Positions 1 to 9,062 of a stretch of DNA of 64,000 nt are shown in pieces. A model generated the notes under the pieces. It worked only from the letters and a program-made list of their open reading frames with translations. It ran no database searches and was not told the origin of the DNA. The stretch covers positions 128,001 through 192,000 of the forward strand of contig CAWCKJ010000006.1 of the NCBI GenBank assembly GCA_963796105.1. The letters run 5' to 3'. Position numbers and translations under genes: made by a program. The DNA is from a candidate division FCPU426 bacterium. Its GTDB lineage: Bacteria; Oederibacteriota; Muellerivitia; Muellerivitales; Muellerivitaceae. Numbering within the stretch: the first letter of the stretch is position 1; every line of letters starts with the position of its first letter.

Positions 1-2
1 AT

Positions 3-686
3 CTCGCTCTCCTGGGCTGGTCCTTGGACGGGAAATCGGAGATCTTTTCAAAGGATGATTTGATCCGTAAATTCAGTCTTGAGAGGGTGGTGAAAAGCGC
101 GGCTTGTTTCGATTACGATAAATTGCAATGGCTTAACGGCCAATACATACGAGCCGCGGATGACGAGAGAATCTACCAGCTTTGTCTTGAAACCCTTTGG
201 GACACTGACGCAATCAATGAGGATTTTATGCGATTTGGGGGGGGCGCGTTGAAACGCATGATAGGGACCGTGAAGAACAGCCTGAAAACCATATCGGAGG
301 TTGGGGATCAAATTACTTATTTCCTCGGGGAGGTGCATATCTATGATTCCGAGGGGCTGACCAAATGGCGGAAAGCCGATACTCTTCAGGTTTTACAGCA
401 GGCAATCTTCATTCTTGAGGAAACGATGGATTTTAACGCGATGACACTGGAGGAAAAACTCAGGAATGCAGCGGCTCAAACAGGCCGAAAATTTGGGGAT
501 TTTGTACATCCCATGAGGTTAGCCATCACGGGGAGAACTGCCAGCCCAAACCTGTTTGAGCTTATTCAAATCCTTGGAAAGGGTCGTTGCATTGTCCGAT
601 TGCTGAGGTTTGTCAGTATCCTCAAGTCTGATATCGCGAAGGAATTGTCGAATAGCGGATTGCCAAAAGGGGAGGTTTTGGGATAA
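3..686 (+). CDS. gltX: Glutamate--tRNA ligase, C-terminal part (5' end outside window)
   Basis: Frame is open from position 3 (LALLGWS). Contains FSLERV..SAACFDYDKLQWLNGQYI and the anticodon-domain motif PMRLAITGRTASPNLFE typical of GluRS. Confidence 0.92.
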   Translation, partial: LALLGWSLDGKSEIFSKDDLIRKFSLERVVKSAACFDYDKLQWLNGQYIRAADDERIYQLCLETLWDTDAINEDFMRFGGGALKRMIGTVKNSLKTISEVGDQITYFLGEVHIYDSEGLTKWRKADTLQVLQQAIFILEETMDFNAMTLEEKLRNAAAQTGRKFGDFVHPMRLAITGRTASPNLFELIQILGKGRCIVRLLRFVSILKSDIAKELSNSGLPKGEVLG

Positions 687-761
687 CTTGTGATTGCCAC
701 GATTGATTGTGGATTGTCGCATTAAAGGGAAGAACCATCATTCGGAAAAAGGGGAGTTCAA

Positions 762-1319
762 ATGGATCACATCGATTTTGTTTTCAAGCGAGGCGAGAAA
801 AAAGGGCGTTTAAGGTCCGTCAACCGCAAGGATTGGGGACAAATCGTGGGATGGTGGAATGACCCGGAAGTTCGAAGGTTGTTCGACGTGCATTTTGTAG
901 ACCAAACTTTTTCAGATGCTGAGAAATGGTTCGCTAAATCGGGGTCCCCGGAGGATGAAAAACTTCCTCGATCCTTTGTGGTCGAGGTAGAAGATGGCGG
1001 GAAGTGGGTTCCGGTCGGCACATGCGAGTTCTATAACGAAAGGCCCTCCCATAAGACAGCTGATTTTGGGTTTCTCATCGGGGAAAAGAAATTTTGGGGC
1101 ATGGGAATAGGAACTGAGGCCGCCGCGCGGATGGTGCGTTACGGTTTGGAACAGCTGGGATATAAGAGAATCGGGGCTGTTTCCGCGGCCTACAACGTTC
1201 GTTCCCTGAACGCCTTGCAAAAGGCTGGATTCCAGATTGAAGGGATCCGAAAGAGTTATGTACTGCGCGACGGGGAATGGCACGACCAGACCATGATGTC
1301 GGTTGTTCGTCCCGAATAG
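762..1319 (+). CDS. GNAT N-acetyltransferase, RimJ/RimL-like
   Basis: FWGMGIGTEA acetyl-CoA motif and N.RS...LQKAGFQIEG; RBS GGGGAG upstream. Confidence 0.85.
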   Translation: MDHIDFVFKRGEKKGRLRSVNRKDWGQIVGWWNDPEVRRLFDVHFVDQTFSDAEKWFAKSGSPEDEKLPRSFVVEVEDGGKWVPVGTCEFYNERPSHKTADFGFLIGEKKFWGMGIGTEAAARMVRYGLEQLGYKRIGAVSAAYNVRSLNALQKAGFQIEGIRKSYVLRDGEWHDQTMMSVVRPE

Positions 1320-1454
1320 CCGGGACGAGTCAAGCCACGCGGAAATTTCTTACTCTTATGTTGTAGCGCTATGAGCCGGTTGAAATTGGGTTTTTGCAGC
1401 TTAGGACTTGTGTTACAATCCTCCCTCTTCCGCAAGCCATTCTTTTTAATTTTT

Positions 1455-1528
1455 TGGGAGATCGTCTAATGGTAGGACAGCAGATTCTGGATCTGCTTAT
1501 CTAGGTTCGAATCCTAGTCTCCCAGCCA
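1455..1528 (+). tRNA. tRNA-Gln (anticodon CTG)
   Basis: Acceptor stem TGGGAGA/TCTCCCA, anticodon arm GCAGA-TTCTGGA-TCTGC, T arm CTAGG-TTCGAAT-CCTAG, encoded CCA end; 74 nt. Confidence 0.97.
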
Positions 1529-3046
1529 TTTCTCGTTTAAGCCGTTGGCTCCCACGCTAACGGCTTCTTTATTGGAGTTTCCCAAGTTCGAAACCGCAAT
1601 CAGCTCAAAGGGTTGGCGGAAATTAACTGATAATTTCCCCTCTTTCCAGGAACTTTGCGCAAAGAAAGACGAAACCAACCGCCTTTTCTCGATTGGGTTT
1701 TGCTCCATGAATGTTTTATGGGACTTGGAAGCCATTTCCAAAAGCTTGATTCCTTCGTCCAGGTAGTTATAGTTTGCTTTTTGGTGGGCGTGAATGGTTT
1801 CCATGATTTTTTCCATTTCCGCTTTCCAATCCTTCGATTTACGGTCAAAGAATTCTTGGGTTATCTTTCCATCCAGTTTGTCCTCGTACATGGTATCTAT
1901 ACGGCCTTGAATCTTGGTTGATTCGGCTTGTAGGCGGCTTATTGCCTCGTTATGGAAGGTTTTTTCGTCCTTGTGGCTTGATTTAAGGGCATTAACGATT
2001 AGTTCCAATACCTTGTCATCAATCTCCAAGGCTTTAAGGCTGGTTACGAATTCCTTTTCGAGGGTTTCTTCCCGTGTGTAGGGTTCAGGGCATTTACCTT
2101 TCCAGCCCGTGCAATGGTAATAAACATATTTACCTTTCTTGAGTTCTCCCACCATTAAACAACCGCAATGACCGCAAGTAACAAGCCCGGCATAGCAAAA
2201 GTTATGCTTGGATTTTTTAGACTTGCTTTGGTTTCGTTTATCCAAAATATTTTGAACTTGGTTCCATAGTTCCTTGGAAATGATAGGTTCATGGTTTCCC
2301 TTGTAGGTAATCCCTTTCCAATCGAAATCCCCGCAATAGGTTCTCGTTCGAAGCATTCTATGGATGGAGGAAACGGGTAAAGGTTTCTTGCTTCTTCGAA
2401 ATACCAATCCCGAATTTTTGAATTCCTGGGTTATTTCTTTCAAAGAATAATCCCCGGTAGCGTATTCTTGGAATAGCTTGGCGATTATTGGGGCGTATTG
2501 GAGGTCTATTTCGATGATCTTCTTCCCATTTGCCCCTGTTATGTTTTTAAACCCAATAGGGGCAACGGAAGGCCAAATTCCTTCTTCCGCTTTTTCCTTT
2601 AAGCCTTTCTTGGCTTCCTCCGAAAGGTTGTCTATATAGTGCTTTGCCATTACCACCTTGATTCCATGAATGAGCTTTTCATTAGACCGGGAATTGGGGG
2701 AAATAAGGGTGTTTTCCTTTACTAGGTAAATTTCCAAGCCTAGTTCATCCAAAGTAACCCAATCTTTCAAATTCCGGTAAAGGCGGTCTGTTTTTTCGAC
2801 TAAGAGGGTTTTATAGGAAGGGTTTTTCTTGAAGAAGGTTATTAAGCTATCGAAACCTTCCCGGCCTGATACCTTGGCGGTTTCTACGTCTCCGAATTCC
2901 TGAATGATTTCATAACCGTTATTAAAGGCGAAATCCCTTAATAGCTTGTATTGGGCTTGAATAGAGAAACCTTCCTTTTCCTGTTCCTTGGAAGAAACAC
3001 GGACATAGAGGACGGCTTTCTTGGGGGAGTTACTTGGAAGGTTCAT
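1514..3046 (-). CDS. Large serine recombinase (resolvase + recombinase + Zn-ribbon + coiled coil)
   Basis: Catalytic YVRVSSKEQ, DRLYR, GNHEPII, and CGHCG...YYHC...C zinc ribbon; 510 aa. Confidence 0.93.
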   Translation of the reverse strand: MNLPSNSPKKAVLYVRVSSKEQEKEGFSIQAQYKLLRDFAFNNGYEIIQEFGDVETAKVSGREGFDSLITFFKKNPSYKTLLVEKTDRLYRNLKDWVTLDELGLEIYLVKENTLISPNSRSNEKLIHGIKVVMAKHYIDNLSEEAKKGLKEKAEEGIWPSVAPIGFKNITGANGKKIIEIDLQYAPIIAKLFQEYATGDYSLKEITQEFKNSGLVFRRSKKPLPVSSIHRMLRTRTYCGDFDWKGITYKGNHEPIISKELWNQVQNILDKRNQSKSKKSKHNFCYAGLVTCGHCGCLMVGELKKGKYVYYHCTGWKGKCPEPYTREETLEKEFVTSLKALEIDDKVLELIVNALKSSHKDEKTFHNEAISRLQAESTKIQGRIDTMYEDKLDGKITQEFFDRKSKDWKAEMEKIMETIHAHQKANYNYLDEGIKLLEMASKSHKTFMEQNPIEKRRLVSSFFAQSSWKEGKLSVNFRQPFELIAVSNLGNSNKEAVSVGANGLNEKWLGD

Positions 3047-3236
3047 TTGGTTTTACCTCGGAAACTTTCATTTTAATTTTCGGTTTCCTCAAACCATTTC
3101 GAATAGTGGAAACCGTCCAGCTTTGAATGGTGGTTTGTAATTCAGCTACCCGGATTTTAAGCCGGGAATGGAGTTTAGGGGAAAGCCTAATGTGAATAAG
3201 CTTTCCTTTTTTTCTCCAAAAATTCACATTTCGCAT
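3030..3236 (-). CDS. Small ribbon-helix-helix-like DNA-binding protein
   Basis: IHIRLSPKLHSRLKIRVAE..TTIQSW pattern (alternating beta strand then two helices); overlaps the recombinase start. Confidence 0.55.
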   Translation of the reverse strand: MRNVNFWRKKGKLIHIRLSPKLHSRLKIRVAELQTTIQSWTVSTIRNGLRKPKIKMKVSEVKPNEPSK

Positions 3237-3597
3237 ATTTAACCTTTACTAAGGCCAAAAACGGAAAGTCTTGGCTATAAATGTAGCCATTTCTTTCTTT
3301 TTTCGGCCTACTTGCAGGGGTTTTGAGGTGTTTTTGATTGTTCCCAATCCTGGAGGACGTGGAAAAAGTTCACGAGGTTGTCCACGATCTGCCTACCGTC
3401 CTCCCTGGTTAATTTCCGGGAGGTACGGGGCTGGAAAACCCCTAAAGCTTGGTCAATGAGTTGTTCTTTCGTGAAAACTTTTTCCATGACGCACCAAGAA
3501 TTAAAATTATTTCTTGACGCAAGGATACGGCAAGCAGGGGGGAACTACGGGGGGTAAAAAGGGGAAAGTTAGGGGAAAATGAAATGAGTAGGAAAGG

Positions 3598-4095
3598 TTA
3601 GGACAAGTTCAAACTGTAATAACCTTTACCGATAGGAACCACCAATTTTTTCCAAGCCGGGGATTTCTTGAATACGTCTTTCAGCTTTTTGCTACAAATA
3701 CCTAAATCCTCAAGAAGAATATCTTGGTGAAGTTTGGTTATTCCTTTCTTGAGGTTTTCCCATAGCCTGTTAATTACACGGCCTTGGGTAAAGGTACAAA
3801 GATATTCGGTGTTTTTGGTTTTAACCGTTCTAAAGTCCTCGGATTGGAAGAAAACAGGGCTTAAGGCAGATTCTTTGGAAACGGGAGGTTCAGGGGTTAC
3901 ATCAATAACCGGTTTTTCCGGTTTCTGGTTGGAATTTGAATTTAGTTTTTTTGTAATCTCATCTAAGGTTTCTTGAAGATGGTAAAGTTTGTAAATTAGA
4001 TAGGCAATACCCCCAATAATGGCTAATACCCCAGCTATTATTCCTGCTATTAACCACCCATTAATGTTTTTGCTTTGTATTGCAATTGCTGGCAT
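3598..4095 (-). CDS. Hypothetical single-pass membrane protein with a basic, winged-helix-like C-terminus
   Basis: ATG at 4095 follows RBS GGAGGTG; TM segment WLIAGIIAGVLAIIGGIAYLIY; C-terminus LKDVFKKSPAWKKLVVPIGKGYYSLNL. Confidence 0.6.
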   Translation of the reverse strand: MPAIAIQSKNINGWLIAGIIAGVLAIIGGIAYLIYKLYHLQETLDEITKKLNSNSNQKPEKPVIDVTPEPPVSKESALSPVFFQSEDFRTVKTKNTEYLCTFTQGRVINRLWENLKKGITKLHQDILLEDLGICSKKLKDVFKKSPAWKKLVVPIGKGYYSLNLS

Positions 4096-4496
4096 GGAAA
4101 ACACCTCCCCAAATGATATTAATCGTGCAGAGAACAAGCGTATACCTTTGGGTGTTTTGTGTCAAGTTTTGAGCCCTAAGAATTTATTGGATGGACTTTA
4201 AATGAACTGTTAAACAAAATGCCGGTGTTTGAGTTTTGATAACTCATGGGGGAGTTATTCTTGTGGGGGGATTAATAGCTTGGGAAGTTATTCATAGGGG
4301 GGAGTTATTAATAGGTCTGATGCCCTTTTAACTAGGTGGTTAAGCTATTTTATATATGCAAATGATATATCATTTGATGCAAAATTCTGTTTTTGAATAT
4401 CGAAATCAAACAGTAAATACCTTAGAAGCTATTGAGTAACTCTTTTAATAACTAAAAGAGGTAATAGATAGGTGATGAACCTCTTTTGGATGTGAT

Positions 4497-4816
4497 AAAC
4501 CCATCAAACCCATTACCCATAAACCCATAACCCACCCTAAACCCATTCTTAGAATCCCATTCTTAAGAATGCCATTCTTAAGAATCCCATTCGGTATGGC
4601 TTAAAAGACTTTATTTATAGGTTTATTAACCTATAACCCACCCTAAACCTATTCTCAGAATCCCATTCTTAAGAATCCCATTCTTAGACACCCATTCTTA
4701 AGAATCCCATTCGGTATGGCTTAAAAGACTATATTTATAGGTTTATTAACTCATAACCCACCCTAAACCCATTCTTAGAATGCCATTCTTAGAATCCCAT
4801 TCTCAGAAACCCATTA
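4497..4816. repeat. Nested tandem repeat: 14-15 bp CCCATTCTT(A)AGAAT units inside 106-120 bp higher-order units
   Basis: ATAACCCACCCTAAACC starts at 4527, 4633 and 4753; the block CCCATTCGGTATGGCTTAAAAGACT.TATTTATAGGTTTATTAAC occurs twice. Confidence 0.9.
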
Positions 4817-4979
4817 CTCACCGATCTATTTAGATTGGTTAGGGGAGGTTTGAGGGGGAAAAAAGGGGGATTAAAGGGGGAATATTCGGGGAATTTCATC
4901 ATGATATGGCCGTAATTTAACAATTCACTTTGTTATAATGATCAAAAGCTATCTAGTTATCTTTCGATGGGATAAGGAA

Positions 4980-5282
4980 ATGCCTACTCAAATCGCAATT
5001 AACAAACAAATAATCACTGATTTTTGCCGCCGAAATCATATTCTTAAACTTTCCCTTTTTGGGTCGGTTTTGACCGGCCAGTTTAAGCCGGAAAGTGATG
5101 TTGACGTATTGATGGTTTACGACCCCCAATTTCCGGTTGGTTTTCGAATTTTCAGGATGGAAGAGGAACTTTCGAAACTGTTTGATGGCCATAAAGTGGA
5201 TATTGTGAATGAAAAATACATTAATCCCCGGATGAGGGAACAGGTTTTGACGGAGGCTGAAGTTCTCTATGCCCAAAAATGA
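4980..5282 (+). CDS. Minimal nucleotidyltransferase (MNT/MntA-type antitoxin)
   Basis: FGSVLTGQFKPESDVD = GS-x10-DxD; ATG at 4980 follows AAGGA. Confidence 0.9.
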   Translation: MPTQIAINKQIITDFCRRNHILKLSLFGSVLTGQFKPESDVDVLMVYDPQFPVGFRIFRMEEELSKLFDGHKVDIVNEKYINPRMREQVLTEAEVLYAQK

Positions 5283-5601
5283 AAAAATATATTTGGGTCA
5301 TATGTTGGATATGGCGCAGAAATCCATCGATGCTTTAAAAGACAAATCACGTTCACAATTCGATCAAGACGAAATTCTAAAGACGGCTGTTTCACATTTC
5401 ATTCAAACGATTGGGGAAGCGGCCTCAAAAGTGTCAAAAGAGTTCAAGGAACAAAACCCCGGTATTCCTTGGGATGATATTATTGGGATGCGCCAAAAGA
5501 TTGTTCACGACTATATGGCGGTTGACTTTGATATTGTTTGGGATGCCGTAAAGACAGAACTTCCTTCCCTTTTGGAAAAACTCAAGAAAATAGCTGTTTA
5601 A
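5269..5601 (+). CDS. HEPN/HepT (DUF86) RNase toxin
   Basis: IPWDDIIGMRQKIVHDY contains the R-x4-H-x-Y motif; overlaps the MNT gene. Confidence 0.9.
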   Translation: MPKNEKIYLGHMLDMAQKSIDALKDKSRSQFDQDEILKTAVSHFIQTIGEAASKVSKEFKEQNPGIPWDDIIGMRQKIVHDYMAVDFDIVWDAVKTELPSLLEKLKKIAV

Positions 5602-5651
5602 TTATCCTGTGTTTTTCCCACCTCTCTTTCTTAAATGTTAGAATGTTGGTC

Positions 5652-8549
5652 ATGTCAGCCCCAAAAGAAATCCTAGACCTAGTAGAACGGTTCAACCGCA
5701 ACCGGGAAGAATACCAATCCGGGAAATACAACGAAACGCAATTAAGACAAGAATTCCTTAACCCGTTTTTTAAGGCTTTGGGGTGGGATGTCACCAACGA
5801 AAAGGGCTATTCCGAGGCATACAAGGAAGTTATTCACGAGGACGCTATTAAGATAGGGGCGGCCACCAAAGCCCCGGATTATTGTTTCCGTATTGGTGGA
5901 ACTAGAAAGTTTTTCGTAGAAGCCAAGAAACCTTCCATCAATATCAAGGATGATTTTAACCCCGCTTTTCAGCTTCGCCGTTACGCTTGGTCCGCCAAAC
6001 TTCCCTTAAGCATTTTGACAGACTTTGAAGAATTTGCCGTTTACGATTGCCGCATCAAGCCCCATAAAACCGATAAGCCTACTACAGGCCGAAATCTTTA
6101 TTTCACATTCGATCAATATTCCGAAAAATGGGAAGAAATCGCCGCTATTTTTTCCCAAGATGCAGTCCTTAAAGGTTCATTTGATAAGTTTGCCGATTCC
6201 GGCAAGGGTAAAAAAGGAACTACAACGGTTGACGAGGCTTTCCTGGAAGAAATCGAAAAATGGCGCAAGGAACTAGCTAAAAATATAGCCGTTAAGAATT
6301 CAAAACTTTCCGTTCAAGAACTTAATTATTCCGTCCAAAAGATTATAGACCGGATTATTTTCCTTCGAATTTGTGAAGACCGGGGTATTGAGCAATATGG
6401 AAAACTTTTGTCCCTGATTAATGGGGCAAAAGTTTATGACCGCCTAACCCAAGTTTTTCAAAGGGCAGATGAAAGATATAATTCCGGCCTATTCCATTTC
6501 CAAAAAGAAAAAGACAGGCCGGAACAACCGGATGAACTGACTTTAGACCTAAAGATTGATGATAAAATTTTCCAAGACATGATCGGGGGTCTTTACTACC
6601 CCGAAAGTCCTTACGAATTTTCAGCACTTCCGGCAGATATTTTAGGGCAGGTTTATGAGCAATTTTTGGGGAAGGTTATCCGCCTAACGGAAGGCCACCA
6701 AGCCAAGGTGGAGGACAAGCCGGAAGTTAAAAAAGCCGGTGGAGTCTATTACACGCCTACTTATATCGTTGAATATATCGTAAAAAATACCGTTGGAAAA
6801 CTTTGTGAAGGTAAAACCCCCAAACAAGTTTCAAAGCTTCGGATTTTAGATCCTGCTTGCGGCTCGGGTTCTTTTCTTATTGGGGCTTATCAATATCTTT
6901 TGGATTGGCATAGGGATTGGTATGTAAATGACAATCCACAAAATCACCAAAAGGAGCTTTACCAAGGCCCTGGTGGTGATTGGCGTTTAACAACAGATAC
7001 CCGTAAGAAAATTCTTTTAAATAATATTTTTGGCGTGGATATAGACACGCAAGCAGTTGAAGTCACCAAGCTTTCACTTCTTTTGAAAGTTTTGGAAGGA
7101 GAATCTGACCAAACCTTAAAGAAGCAACTAGAGATTTTCCATCAAAGAGCCCTTCCGGATTTAGGAAGTAATGTTAAATGCGGAAATAGTTTAATAGGTC
7201 CGGATTATTTTTCGGGGCAATTATTAACGGATGTAAATGACATGAGACGAGTAAATCCATTTGATTGGGATGCTGGATTTTCAGAAATTTTAAATTTAGG
7301 TGGGTTTGATTGTGTAATAGGTAATCCCCCCTATGGAGCACTCCTTGATAACTATGAAGAAGAGTATTTATCAAATATTTATGTCACAACAGGTAAGGAT
7401 GTCGATACTTATTCCTTGTTTATTGAAAAAGCTACGAGGTTGATAAAAAGCGATGGAATGATATCAATGATCGTGCCAACGGGCTGGTATAGCAGTGAAA
7501 AATACCACAAGCTAAGACAATTTATCATATGCGAAACTGACCCGAAAGTTTTTGTGAACTTACCATATGATGTTTTTAAGGCATGGGTTGATACAAGTAT
7601 CTTTGTACTAGAGAAAAGAAAATCAAGTCTCCAATGGCCGAGAAAAGAATCTGGAATTGTTTCTATTAAGACATTTCCTAAGCGTTTAAAAATCAGGAAT
7701 ATTATTGAATTTGAGGAAAATATAAAAGAGGTAGATATAAAAAATTGGTTTGAAGATGGAAATGATTCTTTTCTGACGTTTGTTGATAATTTTGAAACGG
7801 AATTGATGAGTAAAATTCTTAAAGCTAGTAAACCATTGTCAGAATTTGCCGACGTTCAAAGAGGTGTGACACCGTTCGCGCTTACCGATAAACCGACCCA
7901 TAAAAATAGTAAACCTGCTTTTGATGGCACTGTCCGACGTTATAAAGTTGCGAAAGGCAAGAATAAATTCATCAGATTTGATGAAACATTAGCCGAATTT
8001 AAACCGGAAAGATATTTTAAGGGTGAGAGAATATTGTTAAGGGAGTTAATAAGTCGTCAATACCGGATACAAGCGGTAATGGTTAAAAAAGATTTTATTA
8101 CGAATAAGTCAATGCAAAGCATTTTGCCAATAAAAAGCGGACCCGATTTAAAATATTTATTGGGAATAATTAACAGTAAGCTGATTTCATGGTTTTTCTT
8201 AAATCGTTCTCATGTGGCGCAAAGAGATGACTTCCCTAAGATAGTATTAAAAGAAACGCGATCATTGCCAATACATGAAACATCATTTTCTGATGGAATA
8301 TTTGTACAAAGATATAAAGTGTTAAATGGCCAAGTTGAAGAATTATTATTTTTGAATGATAAATTGTTAGTTGCAAAAAGCTCCGAAGAAAAAGAATTAT
8401 TTCTTAGGAAAATAGATTTGTTGGAAAGCCAAATTAATGAGATTGTTTTTAAAATATATGAGTTATCTGAAAAAGAAATAAGTTTGATTAATTGTTTTTT
8501 TGATTCCTTGTTGAAAAAGGATACTAAGTTGAATATTAAAAGGGTTTGA
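5652..8549 (+). CDS. Fused Type IIG (Eco57I-like) restriction endonuclease / N6-adenine methyltransferase
   Basis: N-terminal PD...EAK nuclease motif, GVYYTP, LDPACGSGSFL (motif I), GNPPY (motif IV), C-terminal TaqI-like target recognition region; likely start MSAPKE at 5652. Confidence 0.9.
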   Translation: MSAPKEILDLVERFNRNREEYQSGKYNETQLRQEFLNPFFKALGWDVTNEKGYSEAYKEVIHEDAIKIGAATKAPDYCFRIGGTRKFFVEAKKPSINIKDDFNPAFQLRRYAWSAKLPLSILTDFEEFAVYDCRIKPHKTDKPTTGRNLYFTFDQYSEKWEEIAAIFSQDAVLKGSFDKFADSGKGKKGTTTVDEAFLEEIEKWRKELAKNIAVKNSKLSVQELNYSVQKIIDRIIFLRICEDRGIEQYGKLLSLINGAKVYDRLTQVFQRADERYNSGLFHFQKEKDRPEQPDELTLDLKIDDKIFQDMIGGLYYPESPYEFSALPADILGQVYEQFLGKVIRLTEGHQAKVEDKPEVKKAGGVYYTPTYIVEYIVKNTVGKLCEGKTPKQVSKLRILDPACGSGSFLIGAYQYLLDWHRDWYVNDNPQNHQKELYQGPGGDWRLTTDTRKKILLNNIFGVDIDTQAVEVTKLSLLLKVLEGESDQTLKKQLEIFHQRALPDLGSNVKCGNSLIGPDYFSGQLLTDVNDMRRVNPFDWDAGFSEILNLGGFDCVIGNPPYGALLDNYEEEYLSNIYVTTGKDVDTYSLFIEKATRLIKSDGMISMIVPTGWYSSEKYHKLRQFIICETDPKVFVNLPYDVFKAWVDTSIFVLEKRKSSLQWPRKESGIVSIKTFPKRLKIRNIIEFEENIKEVDIKNWFEDGNDSFLTFVDNFETELMSKILKASKPLSEFADVQRGVTPFALTDKPTHKNSKPAFDGTVRRYKVAKGKNKFIRFDETLAEFKPERYFKGERILLRELISRQYRIQAVMVKKDFITNKSMQSILPIKSGPDLKYLLGIINSKLISWFFLNRSHVAQRDDFPKIVLKETRSLPIHETSFSDGIFVQRYKVLNGQVEELLFLNDKLLVAKSSEEKELFLRKIDLLESQINEIVFKIYELSEKEISLINCFFDSLLKKDTKLNIKRV

Positions 8550-8552
8550 AAC

Positions 8553-9053
8553 TTGCGTAATAAATATGAATGGAAAAGTTCTAGTATCAAAGTTTTTATA
8601 AGTTCTTCAATGAAGAATGATCTTCATATGGAACGTCGTGCTGCCGTTCATGCTTTTTTTGAACGCATGCCAATGTATGAATGTTTTGTAATCGAAGAAA
8701 CGGCGAGCCCTGATGATGTTGAAACTCGATATACAGATAAAGTTTTATGGGCAGACATAATAATATTAATTCTATCGGATACTTTAAGTAAGGCAGTCTG
8801 CCAAGAATATCAAACCGCTTTAACTCAAAAGAAACGAATATTTACTTTTATTAATAATGGCATAACTGACCCGGAACTTAATAAATTTATTAAATCGGAA
8901 ATCGAAAAAACTGTTACGTACACAACATTTAACAATTTACGTGATTTGATCGACAAAATTGAAAAAAGTCTTTTGGATGATTTGGCACTTTCGTACAGAA
9001 AATGGATTGCCTTTGAAGCTGGAAAAAATAAACCATATGTTGATCCGGTTTAA
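8553..9053 (+). CDS. DUF4062-like (TIR/NDT-like fold) protein
   Basis: IKVFISSSMKNDLHMERRA, V..ADIIILIL and EYQTA....KRIF follow the DUF4062 pattern. Confidence 0.7.
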   Translation: MRNKYEWKSSSIKVFISSSMKNDLHMERRAAVHAFFERMPMYECFVIEETASPDDVETRYTDKVLWADIIILILSDTLSKAVCQEYQTALTQKKRIFTFINNGITDPELNKFIKSEIEKTVTYTTFNNLRDLIDKIEKSLLDDLALSYRKWIAFEAGKNKPYVDPV

Positions 9054-9062
9054 GGAAAACAA

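Noticed and set aside
3..1528. gltX next to tRNA-Gln as a novel arrangement
   Set aside because: gltX beside tRNA-Gln/Glu genes is a common arrangement.
4497..4816. CRISPR array or coding repeat
   Set aside because: There are no unique spacers, and the mix of 14- and 15-bp units breaks any reading frame.
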